From positions 1-60,317 of the IMG/VR virus record IMGVR_UViG_3300024518_004211: DNA of 60,317 nucleotides; one strand, given 5' to 3'. The notes below the pieces were generated by a model. It was given only the letters and a program-made list of their open reading frames with translations. It was not told the origin of the DNA and made no database searches. This document shows, piece after piece, positions 37,546 to 47,572 of the stretch. Both the position numbers and the translations under genes were made by a program. The stretch is from a virus (Duplodnaviria > Caudoviricetes). Each line of letters starts with the position of its first letter. Position 1 is the first letter of the stretch.

Positions 37546-39177
37546 TCAGAACTCCCCGGTGTGGAGCGTGTGAGACGGCTGCTCGAGGAGCCTGACGGAC
37601 AGGCGAAATGCCCCGCTCTCCATGTGCACTACGTTCTCGACAAGCCCGACGTAGTCTTCCAGGTACAGTTCTGGGTGGGTGACGCTGACGACCATGCCTC
37701 GATCGAGCCAGGACCGCTCATTGCCAACGATGTAGTGGACGAGGCGCGAAGGGAGCGCTCTTGCTCTGGCCCACCAGTCGAGGATCATCCCGGCAGTGCC
37801 TGTGTCGTATACGATCGTGGACTCGTCATCATCGCTGCGAACGCCGTAGCGGAGGATGCTCCGCTCTGATGCCAGCGACCCAGATGGGGTACCGTCCTCA
37901 CTCCGCCCCAGTGTTAGAATTGATCGCGTCTCGCCGCTGAAGATGGAAACCCCGTACCGCAGCGTGAACGTGTTGACGATATTGCTGATAGCGCCGTCAT
38001 ACTCGACGGGCCCATCCAGTTCTATTGACGGGTCTATGGACAGGTCGATCCGCTCGACAACGTCGTTCCGCCCAGCCCAATACCGCCACACGACCGGGTA
38101 CACGCCGAGCGGGCCCATCACGAGTGACATCGGGAGGAGCGGTGACAGGTTCGCCGATATCCAGTCGATCGGGCTCACCGGCTCCTCAATGGTCCCTGCG
38201 AATCGGAAGCGGTTGAGCAGGTCCTTCGCCGCCGAGACCTTGCCCCAGTCCACCTGGACCGTGGCGAGGCTCAACATGTGCTCGAGCAGGTCGCCACCGC
38301 CTCCCAGGATGCCCCCGTCCCTCGCCGGGTGGCCGCTGCCACTGTCGGTCCACCTGACCGTGAAGTCGTCCCCTGGGTCGTACACCAGCGCCCCCAGGCC
38401 CACGCCCACGCCACCGACGATGCTCACGTACTGGCCCAGCGCGTCAAGAGCACCAGACACGGGGAGTGACACCTGCACCGTGGACGCCCCGGGCTTGATG
38501 AACACGGCCGATGCCAACACGGGGTGACCAGCGATCAGGATCGTCTCGTCTCCCGGATCGTTGTTGACGAGGTACCCGCGGGACAGGACGAAGTTCCCAG
38601 CATCGTTCACGGGATGGTCGCCGAACACGAACGGGTAGTAGAAGCCCACCGCGCTACTCACGGCCGTGGGCCAAGTGATGAGCGTGACCACCTGCCCCAC
38701 TGGCGGCACAAGGGCGGCGTCCTCGAATGACTCGCTCTGCAGGCTCGCCGTGATCGGGTCGCCTTCGAAGCCGTACTCGGGATCAGTCAGCCGTCCTTGG
38801 ATGAGGATGCGGCGATCCTCGTAGTTGGTGCCCTCAATCCAAAGGGACAGCTCCCCGGTCGCGGCGGCGAGGTCGTGCCCCCGTGAGACGAGTTGCGGGA
38901 CGTTGGCTGGCAACACGACTGAGAACGGGAATGAGTTCGACTCGGCCGTATCGCTGAACAGCTCCAGCGCCTCCTCCCATTCGATCTCGTCCTCGAGGAT
39001 CCCTTCGAACTGGAGATCCTCACCGGTCGCGGTTGATGGAACGACCAGCGTGCTCCTGGAAAGTCGGAACGTCTGCCCAGCCCACGTGAGATCGAACAGG
39101 TAGTGGACCACCACGCCGCGCAGCATCGCAGCGTCGAAACGCTTGATGGTTGCGCGGGGGCCGGCGGTCGTGCCCAT
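37546..39177 (-). CDS. Tail tip / hub-like protein
   Basis: 543 aa, second gene after the tape measure; YYPFVFG motif and C-terminal LDRGMVVSVTHP typical of tail proteins. Confidence 0.65.
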   Translation of the reverse strand: MGTTAGPRATIKRFDAAMLRGVVVHYLFDLTWAGQTFRLSRSTLVVPSTATGEDLQFEGILEDEIEWEEALELFSDTAESNSFPFSVVLPANVPQLVSRGHDLAAATGELSLWIEGTNYEDRRILIQGRLTDPEYGFEGDPITASLQSESFEDAALVPPVGQVVTLITWPTAVSSAVGFYYPFVFGDHPVNDAGNFVLSRGYLVNNDPGDETILIAGHPVLASAVFIKPGASTVQVSLPVSGALDALGQYVSIVGGVGVGLGALVYDPGDDFTVRWTDSGSGHPARDGGILGGGGDLLEHMLSLATVQVDWGKVSAAKDLLNRFRFAGTIEEPVSPIDWISANLSPLLPMSLVMGPLGVYPVVWRYWAGRNDVVERIDLSIDPSIELDGPVEYDGAISNIVNTFTLRYGVSIFSGETRSILTLGRSEDGTPSGSLASERSILRYGVRSDDDESTIVYDTGTAGMILDWWARARALPSRLVHYIVGNERSWLDRGMVVSVTHPELYLEDYVGLVENVVHMESGAFRLSVRLLEQPSHTLHTGEF

Positions 39178-39179
39178 CG

Positions 39180-42100
39180 TCAGATCTCCTCTTCGACGAG
39201 GACGTTGCTCATCTGCATCAGTTCACCATTGCGGGTGGCCCACTCGCTCCCGAGAATGGCCTTCGTCTGCGCGTCGCTCATCACCCTGCCGAGCATGAAG
39301 GTGTTGCGGTTGACCAGCGTGGTGTCGATGTTCTCGTTCGTCTCCATGATGACCTTCGGCAGGTAGACGATCGGCTCGACGGCGCCACGGAGGTACTCCA
39401 TCAGCCCGGCCATCTTCAGATCAGTGTCAGCGGGCGACGCGACCGGATCCGTACTACCGACAGCCGGGAGGATGTAATCAACATCTGGACCGGCCGGGAC
39501 CGTAGCCAACTGCGAGTGGTTGATCTCCGCCCCGCTGGGCCAACCGAACTCGACTCCACGCCTGGCCGGGCCGAGCGCCTGGGCGCGACGGGCTCCGGAT
39601 CGTGCGGTGGTCAGGTTGTAGTTCGGACTCAGCGACAAGGCGCGGCCCCTGGCGTACTGCTTGCCGAAATAGGCGACGTGGCCGACGAGGAGATCGCCGA
39701 TCTCGAAGTATCCGGTAGCCGTCCTGCCGAGCGGGATCGTAAATTGCAATTCGAACACGTCGGGGCAGTCGCGGATGATGAGCACGCCGTCCTTCATCCA
39801 GATCGCGCCGGCCGCCCCAGACGCCCCTTCCGTGCCGATGATGTCGGAGCAGTAGAGGCGCGGCGTGATCGCTGTTGTATCCAGCCACACGCCCTCGCTA
39901 TTCGTCGTGATATTCCGAACCTCAGTCGCCGATACCTTGAAACTTGAATCGGCGAGAATGTTGTAGCTGTAGTGCTCAGCGGATGACGTCGCTCCACCAG
40001 CAGTGTCCGGCCGAATATATCGGCCATCTCGAATCCAGTTGAGTCCGGTCATTCCGGAATCGAAGCTCAGTGTGCCGAGCGGTGTCCAACCTGCACCGAC
40101 GTTGTCGCGCCTCGCCACGTTGAGCGTGGGGAAGTTGCAGTTAAACCCGGCGATGAAGATGACCCGCCCGAGCCACGGAGCGGGGTCTGTGTCGATGCCG
40201 ACGCGTACCCGGAACACCTGGGCGGGGATGTCTCCAGCGGCCGACTCTGACCGCCATGTGCGGCGAGGACTGGGGGCCACGTTCGGGAAGATGTTCTCAA
40301 GCCCGAATTCGTGCCGCTGCGTGATTGTCCAGATGTCACCGTCCCATGATGGACCGTCCACTGACGCGACCCTCACGCCGTCCCCAGCGTGAATGTGGAC
40401 TGGGTAGGGCGACCACGACCGGCCGTAGATCGTCGCGACAAAGCCCTGCGTTGCTGCGGTCACACCCCTGAACCCAGCGCGGCCATACAACCCAGAGCCC
40501 CAGTTCGTTGACCAGAAGTCGACCGTGGAACTCGCTGGAAGGTCGACGCCAATACGCGACGCTGCGGCTGACGCTGCCGTAGCCACCGTGGCGAATGAGA
40601 CGATCTCCTTCCATGCCCTCGCTTCGGTGTCACTGGCCGACGCCCGTGCCCAGATGGACATCCGCTTTCCGCCCCAGTCGATCACGAAGTAGAACTGATT
40701 GAACTCGGTGGGATCGATGTCGGCCTGCTGGTACAGCGTTGCCGGCGCCTGCAGATCCTTGATGACGATGTTTGTGGTGTCCTGCTCGATGTAGACGTTC
40801 AGCGCGTTCACGCCGTCGCCGATGAAGATGTCGAGGCGCCCGGTCCCTACGCGTGTCCTGAACCCGACCAGTCCGTGGATGACCAACTCGCCGCCAGCGA
40901 TGGCCTGGATTGTCGCGTTCGTGCTCGTGATTGTCTGGCCGCCGCCGGTCGTGAACGTGGTGTACCCGGCGTTGTTGAGCACCTCTGTACCAGCACCTGC
41001 CGATGTCCAGCCTGTCGTGTCCGCCATCCGCTGAGCAGCGAGCCAGTTCACATCCCACTGCCCCTGCAGGCTGTCAGATTCGATCTCTGGGCGGTGCGCC
41101 CTGGTGGCTGTCGAGTATCCGCCGAGGTCGATCTCCCACACCTTCGTATCGTCCAGCGCTGGGTTGTCGTCGACGTTGACCACGAACTGCGGGAAGATCA
41201 GGAGCCGCCCGCACTGGAACGTCGAGCAGAAGTTGGCCGGGTAGAAGTCGATGGCGCCACTGTCCCACCACGGATCGGAGGTGTTCGTGGTCAGGGATAC
41301 GAACGACCCGGACGAGTCTATCCAGGTCGCGCCGTGGTCGAACGACAGATCAACGAATGCCTGGGCGCGGTATTGTGCCGTCGAGGTCGGATCACAGACA
41401 AACGTGCACGCCAACACACCGTTGTCATCTACCGCGATGGATGTATTCGTCCCCGTGATCAACCGGCTGGCGAGGACGCCGATCGATGTGACGCCGAACA
41501 CTGTGTCCGGCGTGACGTTGAGCCAGTTGGTCCACGCCGTACCCAGCCTCTTGACGAGCACGTTCCCGAGCGTTCCCGCCGCCGTGCTGACCCTGTTGTA
41601 GGAGACCACGAAGCCCGATCCGTCCGCGGCTGCTGCGATGTCATGGAACGCCGCAATGTGCTCACTTCCGGTCCCTGTGGTCAGCAACGCGCCGTCGGCG
41701 TTCCCTACTCCTGCATCCGCGATGTCGAGGCGGTTGAACGAGTTTCCGAGATCCGAAGACGCGTACTGCCATGCCGCGTTTCGGATGGTCGCGTACACTG
41801 TCGAATTGTGGACTTCGCCGGTGATGAACAACAGCACCTGATCGTTGCTGAACGCGGCGCGTACGCGGTGCACGCTGTACCCCGCGTTTCCCGCGCCCGC
41901 CGTGCTGCGCATGTCGATCGCGTTGTCCAGAATATGCTTCTGGCCTGTCGACCACGTCGCCCCGTCGTCGTCCGACCAGATGTGGCCGAGTTGGCCTATC
42001 GGCGACGTGGGGACGGTCGAGTCCTTGTACATGTAGTAGAAGTGAAGGCGCCCCTCCGGGAGTTGAATCAGGCAAGTCGACCCGCCGATCAGCGTGTGGC

Positions 42101-42644
42101 TACCTGGAATAATGAAGACGGCCGCGCCCTGCGCCCACGGCTTCCAGATCACTGCACCGGTGGCGGCGTACCCGAGGCCGTCGAACTCCTTTCGGAACAT
42201 GTACGCGGAACCACCGATCACCATCGGCAGCAGCACGGTGTTCGCCTGCGTACGGAAGGTTCCGCCGAGGGTCACCGCGCTCCCGTCGTAAATGACTTCA
42301 CTTCTGGAGATCGCTGTCGGCGCGTCCCACCCGAACTCGACCTCGTGCGAGGCTGGGCCAGGTAGGTTCGTCTGCCACGTGTGCCGGCCGTACTTCGCTC
42401 CGGGGTTGCCGCCCCTATTCGTGGTAAGGGTGAGGCTGGGGCGGAGGGTAGCAACCGCCTTCATGTTGCCACTGGTCTCGATGACCATCCCGGACTTTGC
42501 CAGCGCTGACGCTACCCCTGGACGCGGGTTCGCTTCGGTGAACGACGGAGTCAGGTCGCGGATGATGCTCGAGTCCCGCCACTGCGGAGACTGGATGCCG
42601 ATCGCCCGGTAGTCCTGCCCTGCTGCCTTGGATACGTCGGACAT
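39180..42644 (-). CDS. Large tail protein with Asp-box (BNR) repeats
   Basis: 1154 aa, directly after the tape measure; WSDDDGATW, SSDLGNSF, LSFDHGATW. Confidence 0.7.
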   Translation of the reverse strand: MSDVSKAAGQDYRAIGIQSPQWRDSSIIRDLTPSFTEANPRPGVASALAKSGMVIETSGNMKAVATLRPSLTLTTNRGGNPGAKYGRHTWQTNLPGPASHEVEFGWDAPTAISRSEVIYDGSAVTLGGTFRTQANTVLLPMVIGGSAYMFRKEFDGLGYAATGAVIWKPWAQGAAVFIIPGSHTLIGGSTCLIQLPEGRLHFYYMYKDSTVPTSPIGQLGHIWSDDDGATWSTGQKHILDNAIDMRSTAGAGNAGYSVHRVRAAFSNDQVLLFITGEVHNSTVYATIRNAAWQYASSDLGNSFNRLDIADAGVGNADGALLTTGTGSEHIAAFHDIAAAADGSGFVVSYNRVSTAAGTLGNVLVKRLGTAWTNWLNVTPDTVFGVTSIGVLASRLITGTNTSIAVDDNGVLACTFVCDPTSTAQYRAQAFVDLSFDHGATWIDSSGSFVSLTTNTSDPWWDSGAIDFYPANFCSTFQCGRLLIFPQFVVNVDDNPALDDTKVWEIDLGGYSTATRAHRPEIESDSLQGQWDVNWLAAQRMADTTGWTSAGAGTEVLNNAGYTTFTTGGGQTITSTNATIQAIAGGELVIHGLVGFRTRVGTGRLDIFIGDGVNALNVYIEQDTTNIVIKDLQAPATLYQQADIDPTEFNQFYFVIDWGGKRMSIWARASASDTEARAWKEIVSFATVATAASAAASRIGVDLPASSTVDFWSTNWGSGLYGRAGFRGVTAATQGFVATIYGRSWSPYPVHIHAGDGVRVASVDGPSWDGDIWTITQRHEFGLENIFPNVAPSPRRTWRSESAAGDIPAQVFRVRVGIDTDPAPWLGRVIFIAGFNCNFPTLNVARRDNVGAGWTPLGTLSFDSGMTGLNWIRDGRYIRPDTAGGATSSAEHYSYNILADSSFKVSATEVRNITTNSEGVWLDTTAITPRLYCSDIIGTEGASGAAGAIWMKDGVLIIRDCPDVFELQFTIPLGRTATGYFEIGDLLVGHVAYFGKQYARGRALSLSPNYNLTTARSGARRAQALGPARRGVEFGWPSGAEINHSQLATVPAGPDVDYILPAVGSTDPVASPADTDLKMAGLMEYLRGAVEPIVYLPKVIMETNENIDTTLVNRNTFMLGRVMSDAQTKAILGSEWATRNGELMQMSNVLVEEEI

Positions 42645-44848
42645 CAGGCCCCCTTACGCTGGCGGTGCCCGACCCTGGACCCGCTGCGGATCGTCCGGGT
42701 GAGGAAGCTGTTCTGTCGCAGATGGTCCTGCATGAAGTAGTCGAAAACCTTGTGCTTGTAGACCATCATCGTGGAGCGTCCACCGCCGCCACCGCCGAGG
42801 GCTGCAGCCTGATCCGCGACTCCCTCCTTCGTCTTCGCTGCCACAACGAAGTCGCCGGGCTCGAACTTCGCCGTCAGGCCACTCGTGCCGGCGAGGATGG
42901 CTCCAGGGGTGTCGCCGAACTGCGGAGGCGCTGTAGACGCCACCACGGCCAGCGCTGCAGCGTTCGCGATGCCCACCGCCACACCGAGGGCGATACTCGC
43001 CGGTGGCGGGAACGCTGCCGCCATCGAGATGCCCTCTGCGGTCTGCAATCCGATCTTGCTGATTGCCGCCGTCTTCGCGAGTCCGTACAGGAGCATGGCT
43101 CCGCGGCCGGTGGCGTCCGTCTGCGCCTGTGCCGCAGTCATCGACGCGTCAGCGACGGCGGAGGCAAGCGACGAGAATGCGCTGATGCTCGCGTCACGGA
43201 TCTCGCGCTGTTTGTCGATGGCGACGTCAGCCGACTCCTCTTCCGCGTCTGCCCGCCGCTTCGCGAACTCCTCGACAAGCGCTGTCCTCTGCTCCTCAGC
43301 CTCAGCCAGGATCTCGGCGCGAACGGCCTGATCCTCGACGAACATGTCCATCCGCTGCGCGGTGATCGCAGCATGGCTCTCGAGCGCTTCCTGCTCGGCT
43401 ACGTTGATCTCCTCGATCGCGGACCTTCGGTCGTCGGTCTCCCTTGCGAGAATGTTTGCGGACTTGGCAGCGAGGCTTTCGACCTGGGCGGCCCTGGCCT
43501 CATCCAGTGCGAGCAGACCCGCCTGCGACTCCTCGTAGACAGCGACCCGCGCAGCCTGGGCCGCAGCCTCGTCGTCGGCAGCCTTCGCAGTCTCGTCGAT
43601 CAACTCGAGGCGCTTGAACAGCGTCACCCGGATCTTGTCTTCGTCCGACAGTTGCGATTGCGTGGCCTGCTCGGTGATGGTCTGGAGCGACTTGAGGGCG
43701 TCGGCCTGCTCTTTGACGCCATCGCTCGCCTCCTTTCGCCCCCTTGTCACCTTCTTTGTGGCAGCGTCAACCCTGACGACCTCATCGCCGGTCTTCCGCA
43801 TCTCCCGCCTGAGATCGAAAAACGACTTGGCTGCGTCTACCGCGGCGATCCCAGCCTTCGTGGTCCCGCCAGCTATGCCGTCGATGCCCAAGGCGAGGGC
43901 CTTTGCCTCGTCAAGGTCACCAGAGAAAAGCGCGGAAAGCGCATTCTTGCCGGCTGTGAAGTCGTCGATCATCCCGCTGATCATTGACGTCGTGAGTTCT
44001 CCGACGAAGACCATCCCGAGAGTAAACGCTGACAGCAGTTCATCGACGTTGAACGTGTCGATCAGTTTCGCTTTGGACGCGTCAAGAGTGGTGTTTAGCT
44101 CCGCCTGTGAACGCTGCCACTCGCTCGCGCTGTCTGCGGCGTCCTGCCCCACATCGACGCCGAACTCCTTGGCGAACTTGACGTAGGTTTCAAGCTCGGT
44201 CCCGCTGAGGGCCTGGAGCATCTTCGATCCGGACTTGCCGAAGATCTCCGTAGCAATAGCAGCCTGCCTCGCGGGGTCCTCAACGCCCTTGAGGCGGATG
44301 AGGATCTCCTTCATCGCCGCGTCAGTGTCCGCGATGAGCATTCCCGCATCGTCAGCCGTGAACCCGAGCGCCTCAAGCCCGTTCTCCGCCTCGCCGGTTC
44401 CGCGCTCGAAGTCCGTCAACCGCTTCGGGAACTGGGCCAACCCGCTGATGAGGCTGGTGAACTCCTGCCCCGAACCCTCTGCGGCGAGCCTCAACCCCTG
44501 CAGGGTGTCCGTCGCGATGCCGGTGCGGGTGCTCGTGTCGGTGAGCTCGTTGCGGAGGTCGGCGACGTCCTGGGCGAGGTCGATCGCCGCGGTGCCCATG
44601 CGCTTGATGTCGGCCGGCGTGATGGCGAGCGTGACACCTGAGAACGCGCCCGACCACGCCTTCGCGCTCTTGTCTGCCGCCTTCTTCGCGTCCTTCGCGG
44701 CCTGGGCCTGTGCCCGCTGCATCTGGTTGACCATCTTGAGGGCAGCCGCGGCAGCCTTCTTGTCGGTGAACCCCTCGATCTTCGCGAATTCCTTTTGGTA
44801 CCGCGAGATGTCGGCGACGATATTTAGGGCATATGAGCGATCAGGCAT
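42644..44848 (-). CDS. Tail tape measure protein
   Basis: 734 aa, Ala-rich and helical; LNIVADIS start; RTGIATDTLQGLRLAAE and ATEIFGKSG typical of tape measure proteins. Confidence 0.9.
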   Translation of the reverse strand: MPDRSYALNIVADISRYQKEFAKIEGFTDKKAAAAALKMVNQMQRAQAQAAKDAKKAADKSAKAWSGAFSGVTLAITPADIKRMGTAAIDLAQDVADLRNELTDTSTRTGIATDTLQGLRLAAEGSGQEFTSLISGLAQFPKRLTDFERGTGEAENGLEALGFTADDAGMLIADTDAAMKEILIRLKGVEDPARQAAIATEIFGKSGSKMLQALSGTELETYVKFAKEFGVDVGQDAADSASEWQRSQAELNTTLDASKAKLIDTFNVDELLSAFTLGMVFVGELTTSMISGMIDDFTAGKNALSALFSGDLDEAKALALGIDGIAGGTTKAGIAAVDAAKSFFDLRREMRKTGDEVVRVDAATKKVTRGRKEASDGVKEQADALKSLQTITEQATQSQLSDEDKIRVTLFKRLELIDETAKAADDEAAAQAARVAVYEESQAGLLALDEARAAQVESLAAKSANILARETDDRRSAIEEINVAEQEALESHAAITAQRMDMFVEDQAVRAEILAEAEEQRTALVEEFAKRRADAEEESADVAIDKQREIRDASISAFSSLASAVADASMTAAQAQTDATGRGAMLLYGLAKTAAISKIGLQTAEGISMAAAFPPPASIALGVAVGIANAAALAVVASTAPPQFGDTPGAILAGTSGLTAKFEPGDFVVAAKTKEGVADQAAALGGGGGGRSTMMVYKHKVFDYFMQDHLRQNSFLTRTIRSGSRVGHRQRKGA

Positions 44849-45386
44849 GGCGCACGATGTCCTTGATCGCGTCCTTGGCGATCTGGTCGACGACGAGGCG
44901 TGACGGCTTGTCGATCAGGATGCGGTGCGGCTGGCCCTTGAACTTGGACCACGGCTTGGTTCCGATGAAGAACGTGTAGGGGGCGCGACTTCGGACCGAA
45001 CCGACGAACCGATCGCCACCTGCCTCGAGGGCGTACTCCAGGGCGAGGAGTGATTTCGACAACCCGGTGTATACCGGCCACCGCCGCCATGCGCTGAACG
45101 CGAGTTTCCCGAGGTGCTTATCGTAGGCATCGGACAGGGCCGGCGCGATTCGCTCGATTGGGGCGATGAGTCGCTCCTGTAGCGCAGTGTCGACTCGGAT
45201 CAGAGCGTTCTTCGGTGACCTGTGCTTCCCGAGGTACTTGCTGCCCTTCGTGCGCCAGACTGTCTCCTTTGCTCGCGCGCCCTTGACGTTCACGCCTTCG
45301 CCGCGCGCCTTCGCCTGTGCGGCCACGTGCGACGAGAACCACGCCTCAGACGCCCGCCAGAACCGCCTGGAGACACCGAAGCCCAT
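44841..45386 (-). CDS. HK97 gp10-like neck/tail component
   Basis: Basic protein with WPVYTGLSKS...SRAPYTFFIGT, resembling PVxTGxLxxS...YAxxVExGT. Confidence 0.55.
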   Translation of the reverse strand: MGFGVSRRFWRASEAWFSSHVAAQAKARGEGVNVKGARAKETVWRTKGSKYLGKHRSPKNALIRVDTALQERLIAPIERIAPALSDAYDKHLGKLAFSAWRRWPVYTGLSKSLLALEYALEAGGDRFVGSVRSRAPYTFFIGTKPWSKFKGQPHRILIDKPSRLVVDQIAKDAIKDIVRHA

Positions 45387-46047
45387 CAGTCCACCCTGAA
45401 GCGCTGGGCGCGCTCGTAGCCCTCGCCTGCCGCTGGTTCGTGCGGAGTCGCGACATCAATGTCGCCATAGTCGAGGCCGTCGTCACGACCGCCTGACAGG
45501 CCCCTCGCCCTCCGATCGTAAGACACCAACCACACTTGCTCCTCCTCGGTCAGACGGAGCCACTTGAGGGGGTCTCCGCATCGTCGCTCACAGAGTTGGA
45601 ATCCGGCAAAGGTCCATCGCCCGACGCCGTATCGGAAAAATCCTCGGCCTCTTCAACGGCCTCCTTCGATGGGCCGCGCGGGATCGACGCGTAGTAGAGA
45701 TCGATGAGCGCACTTCCGGCCTTGTAGAAGTCGGCTGGACTGTGGCCCGCGGCGAGCATCTCACCCATGACCGCGTTGCCATATTCGAACATGGTCTCGT
45801 GTTCGTGGAGCGGCGCTACCTCGGTGGGGATGTTGAGCGCCAGCCCGAGCGCGGCAGACGTCACCATCGCCAGCGCGTCCTCGTCCGGCTTTCCGAACGT
45901 GGGGTTTCCGTCGTCGTCGATCTTCGCGGACTCGTCGTCGTTGAACTGCATCCCGACTGCGACTTGATGGGCGGCAACGACGCGCATCATTCGCGGGATC
46001 CAGGGCAACTTGCCCGGGTATTCGGTCTCGCCGATCTTGATGTTCAT
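45386..46047 (-). CDS. Tail assembly chaperone, long form via -1 frameshift
   Basis: Slippery GGATTTTT at 45643-45636; the -1 frame is open (FFRYGVGRW...RFRVD*) to TGA 45388-45386, which overlaps the next ATG. Confidence 0.8.
45550..46047 (-). CDS. Tail assembly chaperone, short form
   Basis: GAGGAG RBS, MNIKIGETEY start, follows the tail tube gene. Confidence 0.8.
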   Translation of the reverse strand: MNIKIGETEYPGKLPWIPRMMRVVAAHQVAVGMQFNDDESAKIDDDGNPTFGKPDEDALAMVTSAALGLALNIPTEVAPLHEHETMFEYGNAVMGEMLAAGHSPADFYKAGSALIDLYYASIPRGPSKEAVEEAEDFSDTASGDGPLPDSNSVSDDAETPSSGSV

Positions 46048-46076
46048 GTGGTGCTCCTCGGTGTTGGTGGTCAGGC

Positions 46077-46562
46077 TCAGGTGTAGGTGGGCGCCAAGTA
46101 GTTGCTGCCGCTGATGCTGATGGTGTGGCCGTCCTTGCCCTCGGCCACGGAGATCAGCCCGGTCGCCTTGGGGAGCGTGACCGTGCTCGTGGTCGTGCCG
46201 TCGTTCATCGTGAAAATCAGGATGAAGGCCCAGCGGGTGGCGTCGACGGACACGGCCGCCCCACCGTCCAAGGTGGGCGTCCAGAACCCGGTGCCGGCGA
46301 TGGCGTCCTTGATGCGGTCGATCGTCGCGTGAGTGATCGCCTCGTTCCGTAGCCTGATGGTGATCGACCAAGCCTGGATGAAGTCGTCACCCTCGACGAG
46401 GCCATCGTGCACCCCGCGATCGGTGACGTTGAGGGTCTCGCTGTTGTCGTAGCCGACGTTGTCGACGGAGAAGTCACCCTCACCAGGGCCGACGAGCATC
46501 GACAGCCCGGCCCCCGAGTCGGTGATCGTGAGTGTCGAATTCTTGCTGGTGTAGCGTGCCAT
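46077..46562 (-). CDS. Major tail (tube) protein
   Basis: 161 aa beta-rich protein immediately upstream of the frameshifted chaperone. Confidence 0.7.
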   Translation of the reverse strand: MARYTSKNSTLTITDSGAGLSMLVGPGEGDFSVDNVGYDNSETLNVTDRGVHDGLVEGDDFIQAWSITIRLRNEAITHATIDRIKDAIAGTGFWTPTLDGGAAVSVDATRWAFILIFTMNDGTTTSTVTLPKATGLISVAEGKDGHTISISGSNYLAPTYT

Positions 46563-46574
46563 GATGATCTCCGA

Positions 46575-47075
46575 TCAGGCGTTGCGGCCGATGAGCGTGA
46601 TTTTGTAGGTGGCCGCCGTGCCGAGGTTGTTGACGTTGATCGACTTGTTGGCAGCGCCGACGAGGTAGGCTGCCGCCTCCCAACATTCGAGCGTCAGCGC
46701 GGTGCCGGGTTCGAGGATGACGATGTCGGACACGTCCTTGAAAAAGGATGTCCAGCCGTTCGCTGCGCTCTGCTTGATCTCGGCGTTCCCGGCGTTGGTG
46801 CTGTCCCACTCGATACGGAGGAAGCAGATCTCGACCAGCGCGGCAATTGCGGTCTCGAACGGGTCGAGCAGCGCAAGAAAGTCGATGTCTTCGGCGGTGG
46901 TGCCCGCGAGCGCGTTGTCCGCGTCGTGGTGCATCAGGTTGGCCTGGTTCTTCCCGGTGCCCGTGCTGACGCGCACGCTGGTGTCGATCTCGGCGTATGC
47001 CTGCCCCTGATAGTCAGAGCCGGGCTTCTGCGCGAACTTGAAAGACTGTTTGTAGTCGCCCGTAACGGTGCTCAT
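46575..47075 (-). CDS. Virion structural protein (hypothetical)
   Basis: 166-aa ORF, GAGGAGG RBS, neck/tail region. Confidence 0.65.
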   Translation of the reverse strand: MSTVTGDYKQSFKFAQKPGSDYQGQAYAEIDTSVRVSTGTGKNQANLMHHDADNALAGTTAEDIDFLALLDPFETAIAALVEICFLRIEWDSTNAGNAEIKQSAANGWTSFFKDVSDIVILEPGTALTLECWEAAAYLVGAANKSINVNNLGTAATYKITLIGRNA

Positions 47076-47572
47076 TAGAGAGCCTCCTCATGCTGAATCA
47101 GGAATGAAGTGACGACGATGATCCAGGACTCGTCCGGAATCACCCTGGGTTCGAAGCGGGTCTCTACACGGACGTTGACATTGGCCGTGCCCCAGTTCGC
47201 CTCGTCTGCAATCGCGCGGCAGACGTCCATTGCGGCGGCCGAGGCGTCGCGCATGTCAGCGACCTGGGATGTGTGCCGGAGCCAGTAGGCGAATTGGACC
47301 TCGACGCGGGAGGTCAACTCGATGAGCATCGCGTGCCCATCGCGGGTGAAGTTGGTGGCGGTCGAGACGATCGGGAGCACGACGTACTCGAGGTGCGCGA
47401 CTGAGTCGGCCGACTCCTCGACGCTGAACGGGTAGGCGGCCTCTGACCAAATGTCGGTGTAGTCGGTGGCGCGCTGGTATGCGGACGCGTCAAGGGCAGC
47501 AAAGCCCAGGTCGTCGCTGCCACCGATGACTCCGCTCATGCGCTCGAGCACCTCGTGGAGGGGCATGCTCAT
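47075..47572 (-). CDS. Putative tail completion/terminator protein
   Basis: Start MSMPLHEV with GGAGG RBS; size and position. Confidence 0.55.
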   Translation of the reverse strand: MSMPLHEVLERMSGVIGGSDDLGFAALDASAYQRATDYTDIWSEAAYPFSVEESADSVAHLEYVVLPIVSTATNFTRDGHAMLIELTSRVEVQFAYWLRHTSQVADMRDASAAAMDVCRAIADEANWGTANVNVRVETRFEPRVIPDESWIIVVTSFLIQHEEAL

